Part shown: piece by piece, positions 28,823 to 38,146 of the stretch
How the letters are laid out: each line of letters starts with the position of its first letter
Numbering within the stretch: the first letter of the stretch is position 1
DNA from: Candidatus Hydrogenedentota bacterium
GTDB lineage: Bacteria; Hydrogenedentota; Hydrogenedentia; Hydrogenedentales; SLHB01
Length of the DNA stretch: 64,000 nucleotides
Assembly: GCA_963745075.1 (NCBI GenBank)
Contig: CAVUWV010000036.1
Location: 32,001-96,000 of the forward strand
Direction of reading: 5' to 3'
The notes under the pieces: generated by a model
Told to the model about the DNA's origin: nothing
What the model saw: only the letters and a program-made list of their open reading frames with translations
Databases searched by the model: none
Position numbers and translations under genes: made by a program

Positions 28823-29431
28823 TTAGGCCATCCGTTGTTTGCGCCGTTCGATAAAAGCATTGAGCACGGCAATGCGCATCCGCCCGCCCATCTTTTCCCC
28901 GGTGTAGCCATCCAGCACGGCCAAGTCGATCTTCTGGCCGAACCGGCGAAAGTAGTAGACCCAGATTGGCGTGTGATAAGTGCAGTGTTCTTCGATCCGG
29001 ACCGCACTCGGTTTGGGACCCCGCTTCCGGAGGCAGTAACGAATTAGTCCGTCGCGCGCGTGTTGTTCCGCTTCCGAAACGTCGAGAACCGGATCGAACG
29101 TCTCGCCCTCCGGCGCGCGTTCTTCCAGAACGTCCAGTCGCTCAAAGAGTGCGAACCCGCCGAAACTAGCATCAACGGAAACCCAGAGGCTGCTTTCCAT
29201 TTTTCCTCGGGTAAGGACCATTCGAAATGCATAGACCGGCATCCACACCAGTTCCACTGAGGAGGGGAGTCCGCTTTCGGAAGTTCTGACTGGTCGCGGA
29301 CGCAGGAGACCAAATAAATTGCGGGCGCGGGGCCTCCAGAAGACCCGCGCGGCGTCCGTGAGTTCTAGCCGCGGCGGGAGGACAAGGCTGCTCACGAAAC
29401 GATTGTCTTGGACCGCTTGAATAGTCTCCAT
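28823..29431 (-). CDS. Hypothetical protein
   Basis: Last ORF of the SSS operon, overlapping the previous gene. Confidence 0.6.
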   Translation of the reverse strand: METIQAVQDNRFVSSLVLPPRLELTDAARVFWRPRARNLFGLLRPRPVRTSESGLPSSVELVWMPVYAFRMVLTRGKMESSLWVSVDASFGGFALFERLDVLEERAPEGETFDPVLDVSEAEQHARDGLIRYCLRKRGPKPSAVRIEEHCTYHTPIWVYYFRRFGQKIDLAVLDGYTGEKMGGRMRIAVLNAFIERRKQRMA

Positions 29432-29649
29432 CCGTACGCGATGGCGCCCGAGCCGAGGACGCCGAGGATGAGGCCGGCAATGACGTTCACCACGGCGGCG
29501 TGGGTTCTGGTTGCCCAAAACGTTGCGATTAATACGGGGACGGCCAAGGCGAACACGAAGAGTCCGACGGCCATATACGTTTCGCCGTCGCGCTTCATCA
29601 TTTCGGCCCGAGTATGTCGCTCGGCTTTCTTATTAATCGTACTGGTCAT
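29392..29649 (-). CDS. Small membrane protein (2 TM)
   Basis: RBS gagga before MTSTINKK; two hydrophobic helices. Confidence 0.65.
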   Translation of the reverse strand: MTSTINKKAERHTRAEMMKRDGETYMAVGLFVFALAVPVLIATFWATRTHAAVVNVIAGLILGVLGSGAIAYGWRLFKRSKTIVS

Positions 29650-29653
29650 GGGG

Positions 29654-29986
29654 CTATCCTCGTCCGTAGAAATAGAAATACACAAACACGTGTGGGAGCA
29701 TGGAAACAACGGTCCAGATGCGAAGGTCAGTCCAGATCGATTCTTCACGGCGTCCCAGATTTACATAGGACTTGCCAAGGTAGAACCACACCCACAACAT
29801 CGTACCCAGAAAGAAACCGATGGCGGCAATGGTTGCCCACGGTTGGTAGATAGGGGCCAGGAATGAGTTGATGGGACCGAAGAACTTGATCAGAATTGGA
29901 TAGCAGAAGGTGGTGCAAAATGCATCCACCATTTGCGCGATTTGAGCGTATAGTGTGACGAGTGCTTCACGGACGGGAGCAAACAT
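29654..29986 (-). CDS. Small membrane protein
   Basis: TGATG coupling with the symporter stop; hydrophobic segments, DLRIW motif. Confidence 0.7.
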   Translation of the reverse strand: MFAPVREALVTLYAQIAQMVDAFCTTFCYPILIKFFGPINSFLAPIYQPWATIAAIGFFLGTMLWVWFYLGKSYVNLGRREESIWTDLRIWTVVSMLPHVFVYFYFYGRG

Positions 29987-31548
29987 CAGGAATTCCTTTC
30001 TTCAAGTGCGTCTTGCGCCGCAGTGTTCTGCACGACCGAACTCCAAACCAAACCCCGGAGCTTCTCTTCCGATTCCTTCTTCGTAAGCAGGCTGACTACG
30101 ATAGTGACAATTACTGCAAAGACGAAGGACCACCATGCTACGAAGAGGAAGGGGTCTTCTGACGTAAAAAGACCCGGCGTATTCTTTAGTATAAAGCAAA
30201 ACATGACGCCCAGTACGAGCCCGGCCAGTCCGCCCCAGCGGTTGGCGCGGGGCCAAATAATCCCCAGCAGCAGAATGGCGAGCGTGGGGCCCTGGAACAT
30301 GCTGAGAATCGTCTGTGTGAATACGTAAATGCTCTCACGGTCGGCGATAGGTTTGGCAAGAATTGCCGAGGTAATAATCAGAAAAGCGGTAAACCCACGA
30401 CCAAGTTTCAGCGCTTGTTTCTCGGACAAGGCCTTCTTGCCAAACCAGTTTCGCATCTGTCCGTATATGTCGGTAATAAAGATCGTCGTAGCTGAATTGA
30501 GCGTACTTGAAATGCTGGACATCAATGCCGCGAACAGCGCCGCGAACATGAGTCCGCGAAGCCCCGCCGGAAGCAACAGGCGAATCATCTCCGGTACGGC
30601 GCGGTCGGCTTCTTCCATGGGAAGGTGGGGCACCAATACGATGGCACACAACCCGGGCAGAGCGACCATCAGGGGAATCATCGATTTTAAGAAACCACCC
30701 AACAACATACCGCCCTTGGCGTCCCACTCGCTGCGGGCACCCAAGGTGCGTTGCACGATCACCTGGTTGCCGCTCATGTACGCAATGGCAAGTACAATGC
30801 CCAGCCCGAACACAATCCCGGTCCACGGGAAAGGACCGGTTGTGTTGTGGGGAAGTAGGATGGTGAAATGGTGCGCATACTGGTCACCCTTGGCCAGGAC
30901 CTGCTGCTGCAAGGCCGTCCATCCGCCGACTTCCCACAACGCGAGGGTCAGCAAGCTCAATCCTCCGACGTACATAACGACGAGTTGCACGACATCGGTG
31001 AAGACTACGGCCGTCAGCCCGCCGGAGAATGTGTAAAGCCCCGTAACGATCGCCATGAGCCAAACGGACCGCATGGCGTTCCAGCCGAGAATCGTGTGCA
31101 TCAGCTTGTCGGCGGTAACCCACAGCATGATCGCCAAGCCCAGGAACATCACGATAGCCCAGATCATGGCTTGGATAAACTGGACCGCGGTGTTATAGCG
31201 CATGCCCAAGAATTCGGGAATCGTAAACACGCCCGTGCGCCAGAAATAGGGCACAAAGATGAACGCCGCGAATGCCATGGCCGGCATCGATCCGATCCAG
31301 TCAAAGTTCGCAGCGGATATGCCGTATCGGAAGGACGCCCCGGCCACGGCCACGAAGTCCGTTGCGCCGATATCACTTACCACAATGGAGAATCCGATGG
31401 CCCAGAAGGGGAGAGCCTTACCGGAAATGAAGAAATCTTCTGCATTCCCCACGTACCGGGTACAGAAGAAACCCAGAGCGAGCGTGCCGATCATGTACAC
31501 AGCAATGATGACGATGTCGACACCGGCAAGACCAATAATGTTTTCCAT
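29986..31548 (-). CDS. Sodium:solute symporter (SSS family, sugar-type)
   Basis: FTIPEFLGMRY, YTFSGGLTAVVFTDVVQ, NQVIVQRTL, AALMSSISSTLNS; many TM helices. Confidence 0.92.
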   Translation of the reverse strand: MENIIGLAGVDIVIIAVYMIGTLALGFFCTRYVGNAEDFFISGKALPFWAIGFSIVVSDIGATDFVAVAGASFRYGISAANFDWIGSMPAMAFAAFIFVPYFWRTGVFTIPEFLGMRYNTAVQFIQAMIWAIVMFLGLAIMLWVTADKLMHTILGWNAMRSVWLMAIVTGLYTFSGGLTAVVFTDVVQLVVMYVGGLSLLTLALWEVGGWTALQQQVLAKGDQYAHHFTILLPHNTTGPFPWTGIVFGLGIVLAIAYMSGNQVIVQRTLGARSEWDAKGGMLLGGFLKSMIPLMVALPGLCAIVLVPHLPMEEADRAVPEMIRLLLPAGLRGLMFAALFAALMSSISSTLNSATTIFITDIYGQMRNWFGKKALSEKQALKLGRGFTAFLIITSAILAKPIADRESIYVFTQTILSMFQGPTLAILLLGIIWPRANRWGGLAGLVLGVMFCFILKNTPGLFTSEDPFLFVAWWSFVFAVIVTIVVSLLTKKESEEKLRGLVWSSVVQNTAAQDALEERNS

Positions 31549-31839
31549 AAGAAACCTTCCGCGGCTCGATCACTCATGAAGGGAACAAACGCACTTCCCC
31601 GTAGGTCAGAATGCCGCTACTTTACCCGTGATTAACTTTACCGGTCAAGTTTTTGCCGTATTTCCCGGAAAACAACCATTCCGGGTACCTCTTGCGGTGC
31701 TACTCAGGCGTGTACTATCATTCGAAATCGCGCTGGGACACGCGAGGGAGCGCGGTTTGGAATATTGTTTAGCGGATGGGCGACGGGCGTGGCGCGACGG
31801 CAATCGATGTGTGCAACGGGAGTGTAAGGGGCTAGTGAT

Positions 31840-32568
31840 ATGAGCGGTGCTATTCGGGTGACGGTGTGGAACGAAGGCGTTCACGAGAAGGAAATCGAAG
31901 AAGTCCGGAAGCTCTATCCCAACGGCATGGGCGCCCAGATTGCCGGGTATTTGTCGGGAAAAGACGGGATTGCGACGGTCCAGGTGTCGGAGTTGGATCA
32001 CAAGGACCAGGGCCTGCCGGATGACGTATTGAATTCGACGGATGTAATGACATGGTGGGGGCACACCGCCCACGATAAAGTCAGCGACGAAAACGTCGCC
32101 CGGGTGCATCAGCGCGTGTTGGATGGAATGGGCCTCGTCGTGCTGCACTCGGGCCACTACTCGAAGATATTCAAAAAACTTATGGGCACGACGTGCGAAT
32201 TGCGCTGGCGCGATATCGGCGAACGGGAACGCATCTGGGTCGTCGATCCGGCCCATCCCATCGCGGAAGGACTGCCGGAGTATTTTGAACTGCCGCGCAC
32301 CGAGATGTACGGAGAACACTTCGATATCCCCCAGCCGGATCGTCAGGTGTTTCTCAGTTGGTTCCAGGGAGGGGAAGTGTTCCGCAGCGGCTGTTGCTGG
32401 CATCGTGGGAAAGGGAAGATCTTCTATTTCCGGCCGGGCCACGAGACATTGCCCATCTACTACGACGAGCACGTGCTCCGCGTCATCTATAACGGCATCA
32501 AATGGGCGGCGCCGTCCGGCGTGAAGGAGATCCATCGCGGCAACGTCGAACCCTTGGAAAAGGTGTAA
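31840..32568 (+). CDS. thuA: ThuA (trehalose utilisation) domain protein
   Basis: VTVWNE..HE, YPNGM, WWGHTAH, GLVVLHSGHYSKIF, EMYGEHFDIP, YFRPGHET. Confidence 0.88.
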   Translation: MSGAIRVTVWNEGVHEKEIEEVRKLYPNGMGAQIAGYLSGKDGIATVQVSELDHKDQGLPDDVLNSTDVMTWWGHTAHDKVSDENVARVHQRVLDGMGLVVLHSGHYSKIFKKLMGTTCELRWRDIGERERIWVVDPAHPIAEGLPEYFELPRTEMYGEHFDIPQPDRQVFLSWFQGGEVFRSGCCWHRGKGKIFYFRPGHETLPIYYDEHVLRVIYNGIKWAAPSGVKEIHRGNVEPLEKV

Positions 32569-32594
32569 CCGCACGCATAATCGATGTACGGATT

Positions 32595-32782
32595 CCACTG
32601 GAAACGCTAGGCACCAGCGTGGCTGTCTCGGGCAGTACCGGCGAGAAGCAGTACAACGACTGCTTGAATCCCGTCCAAGAGGACGCGTCTCACGAATTCG
32701 TGACCGGTTCGATATTCATTCTCTGGCCCTTGCGTTCAGTCCTGGGTTGAAACGCCAGGCTGGTGCCAGGCGCTCCCAGTGG
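32595..32782. repeat. Inverted REP-like doublet between convergent genes
   Basis: ccactggaaacgctaggcaccagcgtggc (32595-32623) is an imperfect reverse complement of gccaggctggtgccaggcgctcccagtgg (32754-32782). Confidence 0.7.
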
Positions 32783-32829
32783 GGCTTCACCTCGATGACG
32801 GGTGGAGGACCGCTTTCACCTCGTGGTGA

Positions 32830-33912
32830 CTACTTTGCAGCCGCCTCGGCCACTAGTCTGAAGGCCGTGTTCAACGGCTCGGGCTTCTCCGGCATGTCGC
32901 CGATAGCCGAGTCGTTCCAGGAGACGATTATGTCAAGCGATGGAATGACGGCCATGCCGCGCATGCCGTTGGCGTGCCCCAATGCGGAAAAGATGTCCGG
33001 AGGACCGTCCGGCCAGAGCCGTTCACCGTCCGCGTTCACGCCGTTGAGCCACCAGAGCCAACTGTAACTTCCCTCATGGTTGGCCTGATTGTCCGGGACA
33101 CGCTGCGATCCGATGGTCCGTTGACCGGGGCACATTTCTGCCTCTTCGCCCGTCGTGCGGGGGATGGTGTTCGGGACGGGGCTCGTCGTAATTTGTTTGA
33201 CGTGCTCCTCGCTGATAAGTTGTTGACCGTCCCAACTACCGCCGTGCAGATAGAGGAGACCGAATCGGGCGAAATCTCGTGGCGACACCGCAATGCGGCC
33301 TGCCCGGTCGCCGGTTCCGAAGGCGAGGAACGACGGATTGTCCTGGCACTGAATCTTGTCCGTGAGACGCGCGTGCAACACGGTGTCGTCGACGGTGTCC
33401 ATGGTCACGCCATAGACCTTGAGAAACACGGTGTCCCACAGTAGGGCCATCTGCCAATCGTTGTAGTCGTAGGCCGTCCCGGGATCTTCACGAACGCCGT
33501 AGCAGGAGATTTGATTGGCCATGTGGCGAAAAGTCATCTTTCGGTCTTTGTACCCGAGGCCGGCGTTCAAGTCCTTGAGGCAGGGCACATAGTCCGCGAC
33601 GTGCGCGTCTACGCTCGGCAATATTCCGTCTTCGACGGCGAGGAAGAGGAAGTGGGTGATCCACGGTTTCAACGCGGAGGCCACGTCGCTCGCTTTCGTG
33701 ATGTCGCCCCACGAATAGACCAGGTACCCGTGCCGCACGACGCAGCCCCGGCCTCCCATAAAGTCGCGCAGCGCATCGAGTTCCTCGCTCTTGAGTCCAA
33801 CTTCCTCCGGGGAGCGCGTGTCCCATTTCCCCGTCGGAAACACACTCTGTGCGTTGGCGGAAACCAGGGTCGTCAATAGTAAGGCCGTCAAACCTGCAAA
33901 TTTGATGCGCAC
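32830..33912 (-). CDS. Secreted serine hydrolase (beta-lactamase/AmpC-like fold)
   Basis: SALK (SxxK), YDYND, SPRDFARFGLLYLHGGSWDGQQLI. Confidence 0.8.
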   Translation of the reverse strand: MRIKFAGLTALLLTTLVSANAQSVFPTGKWDTRSPEEVGLKSEELDALRDFMGGRGCVVRHGYLVYSWGDITKASDVASALKPWITHFLFLAVEDGILPSVDAHVADYVPCLKDLNAGLGYKDRKMTFRHMANQISCYGVREDPGTAYDYNDWQMALLWDTVFLKVYGVTMDTVDDTVLHARLTDKIQCQDNPSFLAFGTGDRAGRIAVSPRDFARFGLLYLHGGSWDGQQLISEEHVKQITTSPVPNTIPRTTGEEAEMCPGQRTIGSQRVPDNQANHEGSYSWLWWLNGVNADGERLWPDGPPDIFSALGHANGMRGMAVIPSLDIIVSWNDSAIGDMPEKPEPLNTAFRLVAEAAAK

Positions 33913-33974
33913 GGCATTATCTCCCTTCGTAAACGTAATCCACTACTTCCCGTGAGGCTTTGTAACATCACGGT

Positions 33975-34583
33975 TTATTCGCGCCGCGTGTCCAGCAAGG
34001 CGTGCACGCGTTTTCGTAGCGCCGGTATGACTTCTGCTTCGAACCAATTGTTTTGTTGCAGCCAGTAGGTATTCCTCGGCGACGGGTGCGGCATGGGGAC
34101 GTATTCCGGGAAGTACTCCCGCCAGGCGCGGACGGTCTCCGTCAAGGTCTTCTTCCGTTTTTCCGCGAGGTAATAGCGCTGCGCATATTGCCCGGCGAGG
34201 ATGGTGAGTTTCACATTCGGTAACTGCGCCAGGAGCCGTGCGAACCAATGCTCGGCGCACTCGGGCCGGGGCGGTAAATCGCCGCCGCGCGGATTCCGCC
34301 CCGGATAACAATAGCCCATGGGAATGATCGCAACGCGCCGCTCGTCATAGAACGTATCGCGGTCCACATCCATCCACGCGCGCAACCGGTCACCACTGGG
34401 ATCGTTCCAGGGGATGCCGGTCTCGTGTACCCGCGTGCCGGGGGCTTGCCCCACCACGAGAATTCGCGCCGTCGCCGCTGCACGCAGCACGGGCTGTGGG
34501 CCCAACGGCAGCATGTCTTCGCAGATTCGGCACGCTCGAACTTCGGTTAGCAAGGATTCGAGCGTTTCTCGGTGGGCTTTCAT
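33975..34583 (-). CDS. Uracil-DNA glycosylase superfamily protein
   Basis: CRIC, GQAPGTRVH, WNDPSGDRLR, PHPSPRN. Confidence 0.9.
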   Translation of the reverse strand: MKAHRETLESLLTEVRACRICEDMLPLGPQPVLRAAATARILVVGQAPGTRVHETGIPWNDPSGDRLRAWMDVDRDTFYDERRVAIIPMGYCYPGRNPRGGDLPPRPECAEHWFARLLAQLPNVKLTILAGQYAQRYYLAEKRKKTLTETVRAWREYFPEYVPMPHPSPRNTYWLQQNNWFEAEVIPALRKRVHALLDTRRE

Positions 34584-35536
34584 CACGACGCGGGACGCGA
34601 CGTGGTTTCCATCTTTCCGGAAACTTCGATCGGGGAACTGGCGCCTCCTTTTGCGGCGGCAGTCCCGGACGCCGTCATCGTAGAAACCGACGTCCGCACC
34701 CAACCGGTCGCTTCCTCATATTCGGCCGTGCCGCTTCCCTTTCCCGTGATGGCCGCATTCTTCGGATTGGGGTTCGACGCGCCACCCGTCGGGCTCTTAC
34801 TCATTTCCACCGTGTATGCATAGTCGGTGTCGATCGTGGCGATGCCGTCTTCACGCTTTTCCAGCGTGTTGGTGGATTCCACCTTCGTTGGCATCGGAAG
34901 GCCTTCAAACTCCGAGTTGTTTCGCCAGGCGTCGCCGGGTTTCAGTGCCTTGTCGGGCACGTTCAGAAAGACGCGCCGCATCTGCTGCTTCATGGCCGCG
35001 TTGTCCAGGCCATGGCGAATCTGCTGCTTGACCTGTTCACCCGGAATATGGCCGGGCGCCTTGTAGGCATCCACCGCTTTGTCCGCGCAGGCGTCGGCGC
35101 CATCGACGCTCAGCACCTCGCCCAAGCAGCTCACGCGAATCGTGAATCGTTCGCCTTTCAGAACATCCAGCGCTTCTTGCTTCGACTTGTTGCCGAAAAG
35201 GTCGTCGATTCCGGGCGCATCTCCGCCGGGCAGACCCTCGGGAGCCGACATTTCCTCGTGAACGCTGTCGTACACCACGTCGAGGGTTACGGTACCATCG
35301 TCCGTCACCGCCGTCGGCGTCATGCTGTACGTGGCTTCCCGGACATTCCCGAAGGTGATGTCGCGCCCATTGAGCTTCATTTTCGTCGTTGTATTGTCCG
35401 ACGTATGGACCGACCGTGGTGCGTTCAGATCCGGGCGAAACAGCAGTTTGCCGTCATCAGCACTGTGACAACCGGTCGATAGAATCGCGATGCCGACCGC
35501 GAGAATCGCTGTAAGATGCTGAGGTTGGTGTGTCAT
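34583..35536 (-). CDS. Lipoprotein, DUF6263-like (paralog 1)
   Basis: Lipobox STGC; PDKALKPGDAW and YEEATGW; aligns by eye with the 35645-36610 product. Confidence 0.7.
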   Translation of the reverse strand: MTHQPQHLTAILAVGIAILSTGCHSADDGKLLFRPDLNAPRSVHTSDNTTTKMKLNGRDITFGNVREATYSMTPTAVTDDGTVTLDVVYDSVHEEMSAPEGLPGGDAPGIDDLFGNKSKQEALDVLKGERFTIRVSCLGEVLSVDGADACADKAVDAYKAPGHIPGEQVKQQIRHGLDNAAMKQQMRRVFLNVPDKALKPGDAWRNNSEFEGLPMPTKVESTNTLEKREDGIATIDTDYAYTVEMSKSPTGGASNPNPKNAAITGKGSGTAEYEEATGWVRTSVSTMTASGTAAAKGGASSPIEVSGKMETTSRPAS

Positions 35537-35644
35537 GAACTCCTTTGTCCTGGGGTTGTACTAATTCCTACGGGGCGCCGCACCATAGCCGGGCAAGTCT
35601 CAGGATACCCGTGACGTTGTCGTAATTGCGGCGTTTGAGTGCGC

Positions 35645-36610
35645 CTATTGCTTCGGATATGACGTGATTTCGTTCTTGGCCGAGAACTCCATTGTCATGT
35701 TCATTCCCTTCATGGGGGAAATGGTTCCCGTGCCCTTGGCCGTGATGACTGCTTTGCGGGGCCAGCCGGTTGCATCCTCGTACTCGGCTGTGCCACTGCC
35801 CGACCCTTCCATGGTACCGCTGCCACCGCCGGATTTCATGGCCTCCCCCATGGGGCCCTTGCTGAAGTCCACCGAGTACTGGGTTGCGATGTTTAGATTA
35901 AGAATGCCGGCATTGCGCTCTCCGGCCGTAATCGTCATAGTCATATCGATCGGCATTCCGAGATCTTCGCGGGTCAGGTCTTCTTGCCAGGAGTCTCCGG
36001 GATTGAGCGCCTTGTCGGGCACTTTCATGAAGATTTGCTTCATCTGCTCCAGGGTTCCCTCATTTCCATATCCCTGGCGGAGTTGGGACTTGAGTTGATC
36101 GGCGGGAATGTGCGCCGGTCCCTGGAGGGCGTCGGCCACCTTTCCGGCCACCTCGTCTGCCCCTTCTACACCGAGCACGTCGCCGAACTTGCTGACCCGC
36201 ACCGTAAAGCGTTCGCCCTTGAGGGAATCGAGGGCTTTTTGCATCGCTTTGGTCCCGAACGGATCGTCCATGCCCGGAATCTGCGCCGCCCCCGCGCCGC
36301 CGAGCAACGCATCAAGACCTGTCACTTCCGTATCCACGTAATCGTAGACGACGTCAACGGCCACCGTGCCTTCGTCGTCTACCGCAGTCGGCGTCATCAC
36401 ATAGGTGACGTCCTTGGACGTGCCGAAGGTCATGTCCATCCCCATCAACTTGGACGTGTTCGTAAACGCTTCGGAAGTGTTTACCGTCCGGGCGACGTTG
36501 AGTTCTGGCTTGAACAGCAATTTGCCCTGGTCCGGATTGCCGCAGCCGTTGAACAGGATCGCGGCGCACAGCAACAGAGTCGCAATGAAACACACGCGCT
36601 TGGTTGTCAT
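35645..36610 (-). CDS. Lipoprotein, DUF6263-like (paralog 2)
   Basis: Lipobox FNGC; PDKALNPGDSW and YEDATGW; start at MTTKRV. Confidence 0.7.
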   Translation of the reverse strand: MTTKRVCFIATLLLCAAILFNGCGNPDQGKLLFKPELNVARTVNTSEAFTNTSKLMGMDMTFGTSKDVTYVMTPTAVDDEGTVAVDVVYDYVDTEVTGLDALLGGAGAAQIPGMDDPFGTKAMQKALDSLKGERFTVRVSKFGDVLGVEGADEVAGKVADALQGPAHIPADQLKSQLRQGYGNEGTLEQMKQIFMKVPDKALNPGDSWQEDLTREDLGMPIDMTMTITAGERNAGILNLNIATQYSVDFSKGPMGEAMKSGGGSGTMEGSGSGTAEYEDATGWPRKAVITAKGTGTISPMKGMNMTMEFSAKNEITSYPKQ

Positions 36611-36851
36611 GTCGGGACCCATCCTATAAGTTGCGCCGCCCCCGCAGAGGGCAGCCCCAAGTGGCTCCAGATAAACCCCACACATGGAGCACCCGAAGTC
36701 TATCACACAAACGGGGACTGATGTACAAACTATGCGTGCGTTGCACCATCGTCTGGCACCTGCCAAGGGCGGTTGCGTTTGCGCGCAAAACGCGGCAGAA
36801 TCTAGCCCATCGGTCCTGGTGAAATGGCGTTCCCAAAACGAATGGCTCTTT

Positions 36852-37184
36852 ATGGAAACGAATACGTTACCCTTTGAGAAGATCATCTTTGTCTGCACGA
36901 ACGAACGCGCGGAAGGCGAGCGCGTATGTTGCCGGGGCGGTGGCGGAGGCGAATTGCGCGACAAACTCAAGGCGATGGTGAAGGCGCGGCAAATGCGCTC
37001 GAAGGTGCGGGTCAGCCAGTCCGGCTGTATGGACAAATGTGAAGACGGTCCGAATATCATGGTTTTTCCGGATAATGTCTGGTTTTCGCACGTGACCGAT
37101 GCGGACCTTGAACCGCTCCTCGATGCGGTGACTCGTTCGCTGGAAACGGGTGAGCGCCTTGTCCCGCCCGAGGCGATGACGTAA
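36852..37184 (+). CDS. Thioredoxin-like [2Fe-2S] ferredoxin
   Basis: FVCTNER..CC, SGCMDKCEDGP..VFPDNVWF. Confidence 0.88.
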   Translation: METNTLPFEKIIFVCTNERAEGERVCCRGGGGGELRDKLKAMVKARQMRSKVRVSQSGCMDKCEDGPNIMVFPDNVWFSHVTDADLEPLLDAVTRSLETGERLVPPEAMT

Positions 37185-37200
37185 GGTATAGGGGGCGTGC

Positions 37201-37368
37201 GAAATCCGATGCACGAAATTCGAAACAAATTCCAATGACCAAAATCCAAATGACTGAAACGTAGCAGTCCGGAGACTGATTGATGCAAGCCGGCATGTCC
37301 GTTTTCCCCATTTGGGATTTCGAGCATTAGAATTTGTTTCGAATTTCGGATTTCGTGCTTCGGATTTC
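37201..37368. repeat. Palindromic intergenic element with heptamer-periodic arms (second copy)
   Basis: gaaatccgatgcacgaaattcgaaacaaattc / gaatttgtttcgaatttcggatttcgtgcttcggatttc. Confidence 0.78.
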
Positions 37369-37395
37369 TCTTACATATTTGGAGTCAATCTACCC

Positions 37396-38116
37396 ATGGG
37401 TGTACTCGTTCTTGTCCGACACGGGCAAGCCTCGTTTCATGACGAGGACTACGACAAGCTGAGTCCGCTGGGCGAAGAGCAGTGCCGCCATCTCGGCGCA
37501 TTCTGGGTCCATCATGGGATCGGTTTCGATCGCGTGTGCTCGGGACCGCTGGCACGGCAGCGGCGGTCCGCGGAGATCGTTCGCGACGTGTTTACGGAAG
37601 CGGGCGCAGACCTTTCCGGAAATCGAGATCGTGGACGCCATTGCCGAGATGCCCGTCGAAAAGCTCGCGAAACGGTTCATGCCGCAGCTTTGCGCGGAGG
37701 ACGAGCAGGTCCTGCTCCTCATGCAGCGGTTCACCGAAACCGAGGACAAGCGGGAGAAGGAAAAGACTTTTCAGAAAGCCTTCGAGAAACTCATGCTGCT
37801 TTGGGCGAACGAGCAATATCAGGATTCGGAAATCGAAACCTTCGCGCATTTCCGCGAACGCGTCACGCAGGCCTATCGCGACATCCTTGCCGCGGCGACG
37901 AACGGCGAACGGATTGCCGCCTTCACGTCGGGCGGGCCGACGGCCATCGCCTTGAATATGGCCCTCGGTACCAGCGCGGAAACGACGCTGGAACTGGTGT
38001 GGCAGGTGCGCAACGCGTCCACCACGGAGTTTCTGTTCACCGACGGACGCTTTACCCTGAATTCGTTCAATTCCGTGCCGCATTTGAACGACCCCATGCT
38101 TTGGACGTACCGGTAG
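37396..38116 (+). CDS. Histidine phosphatase (phosphoglycerate mutase family), +1 frameshift near 37613
   Basis: LVRHGQASF..YDKLS in one frame; FTSGG..NAS..FNSVPHL in the next frame. Confidence 0.85.
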
Positions 38117-38146
38117 GCGGGGCCTGCCGTAGAAAGGAAGCCGACG

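Noticed and set aside
35645..37327. 560-aa ORF as a single protein
   Set aside because: The N-terminal 239 aa overlap the ferredoxin and the repeat element; the paralog and the lipoprotein signal place the start at 36610
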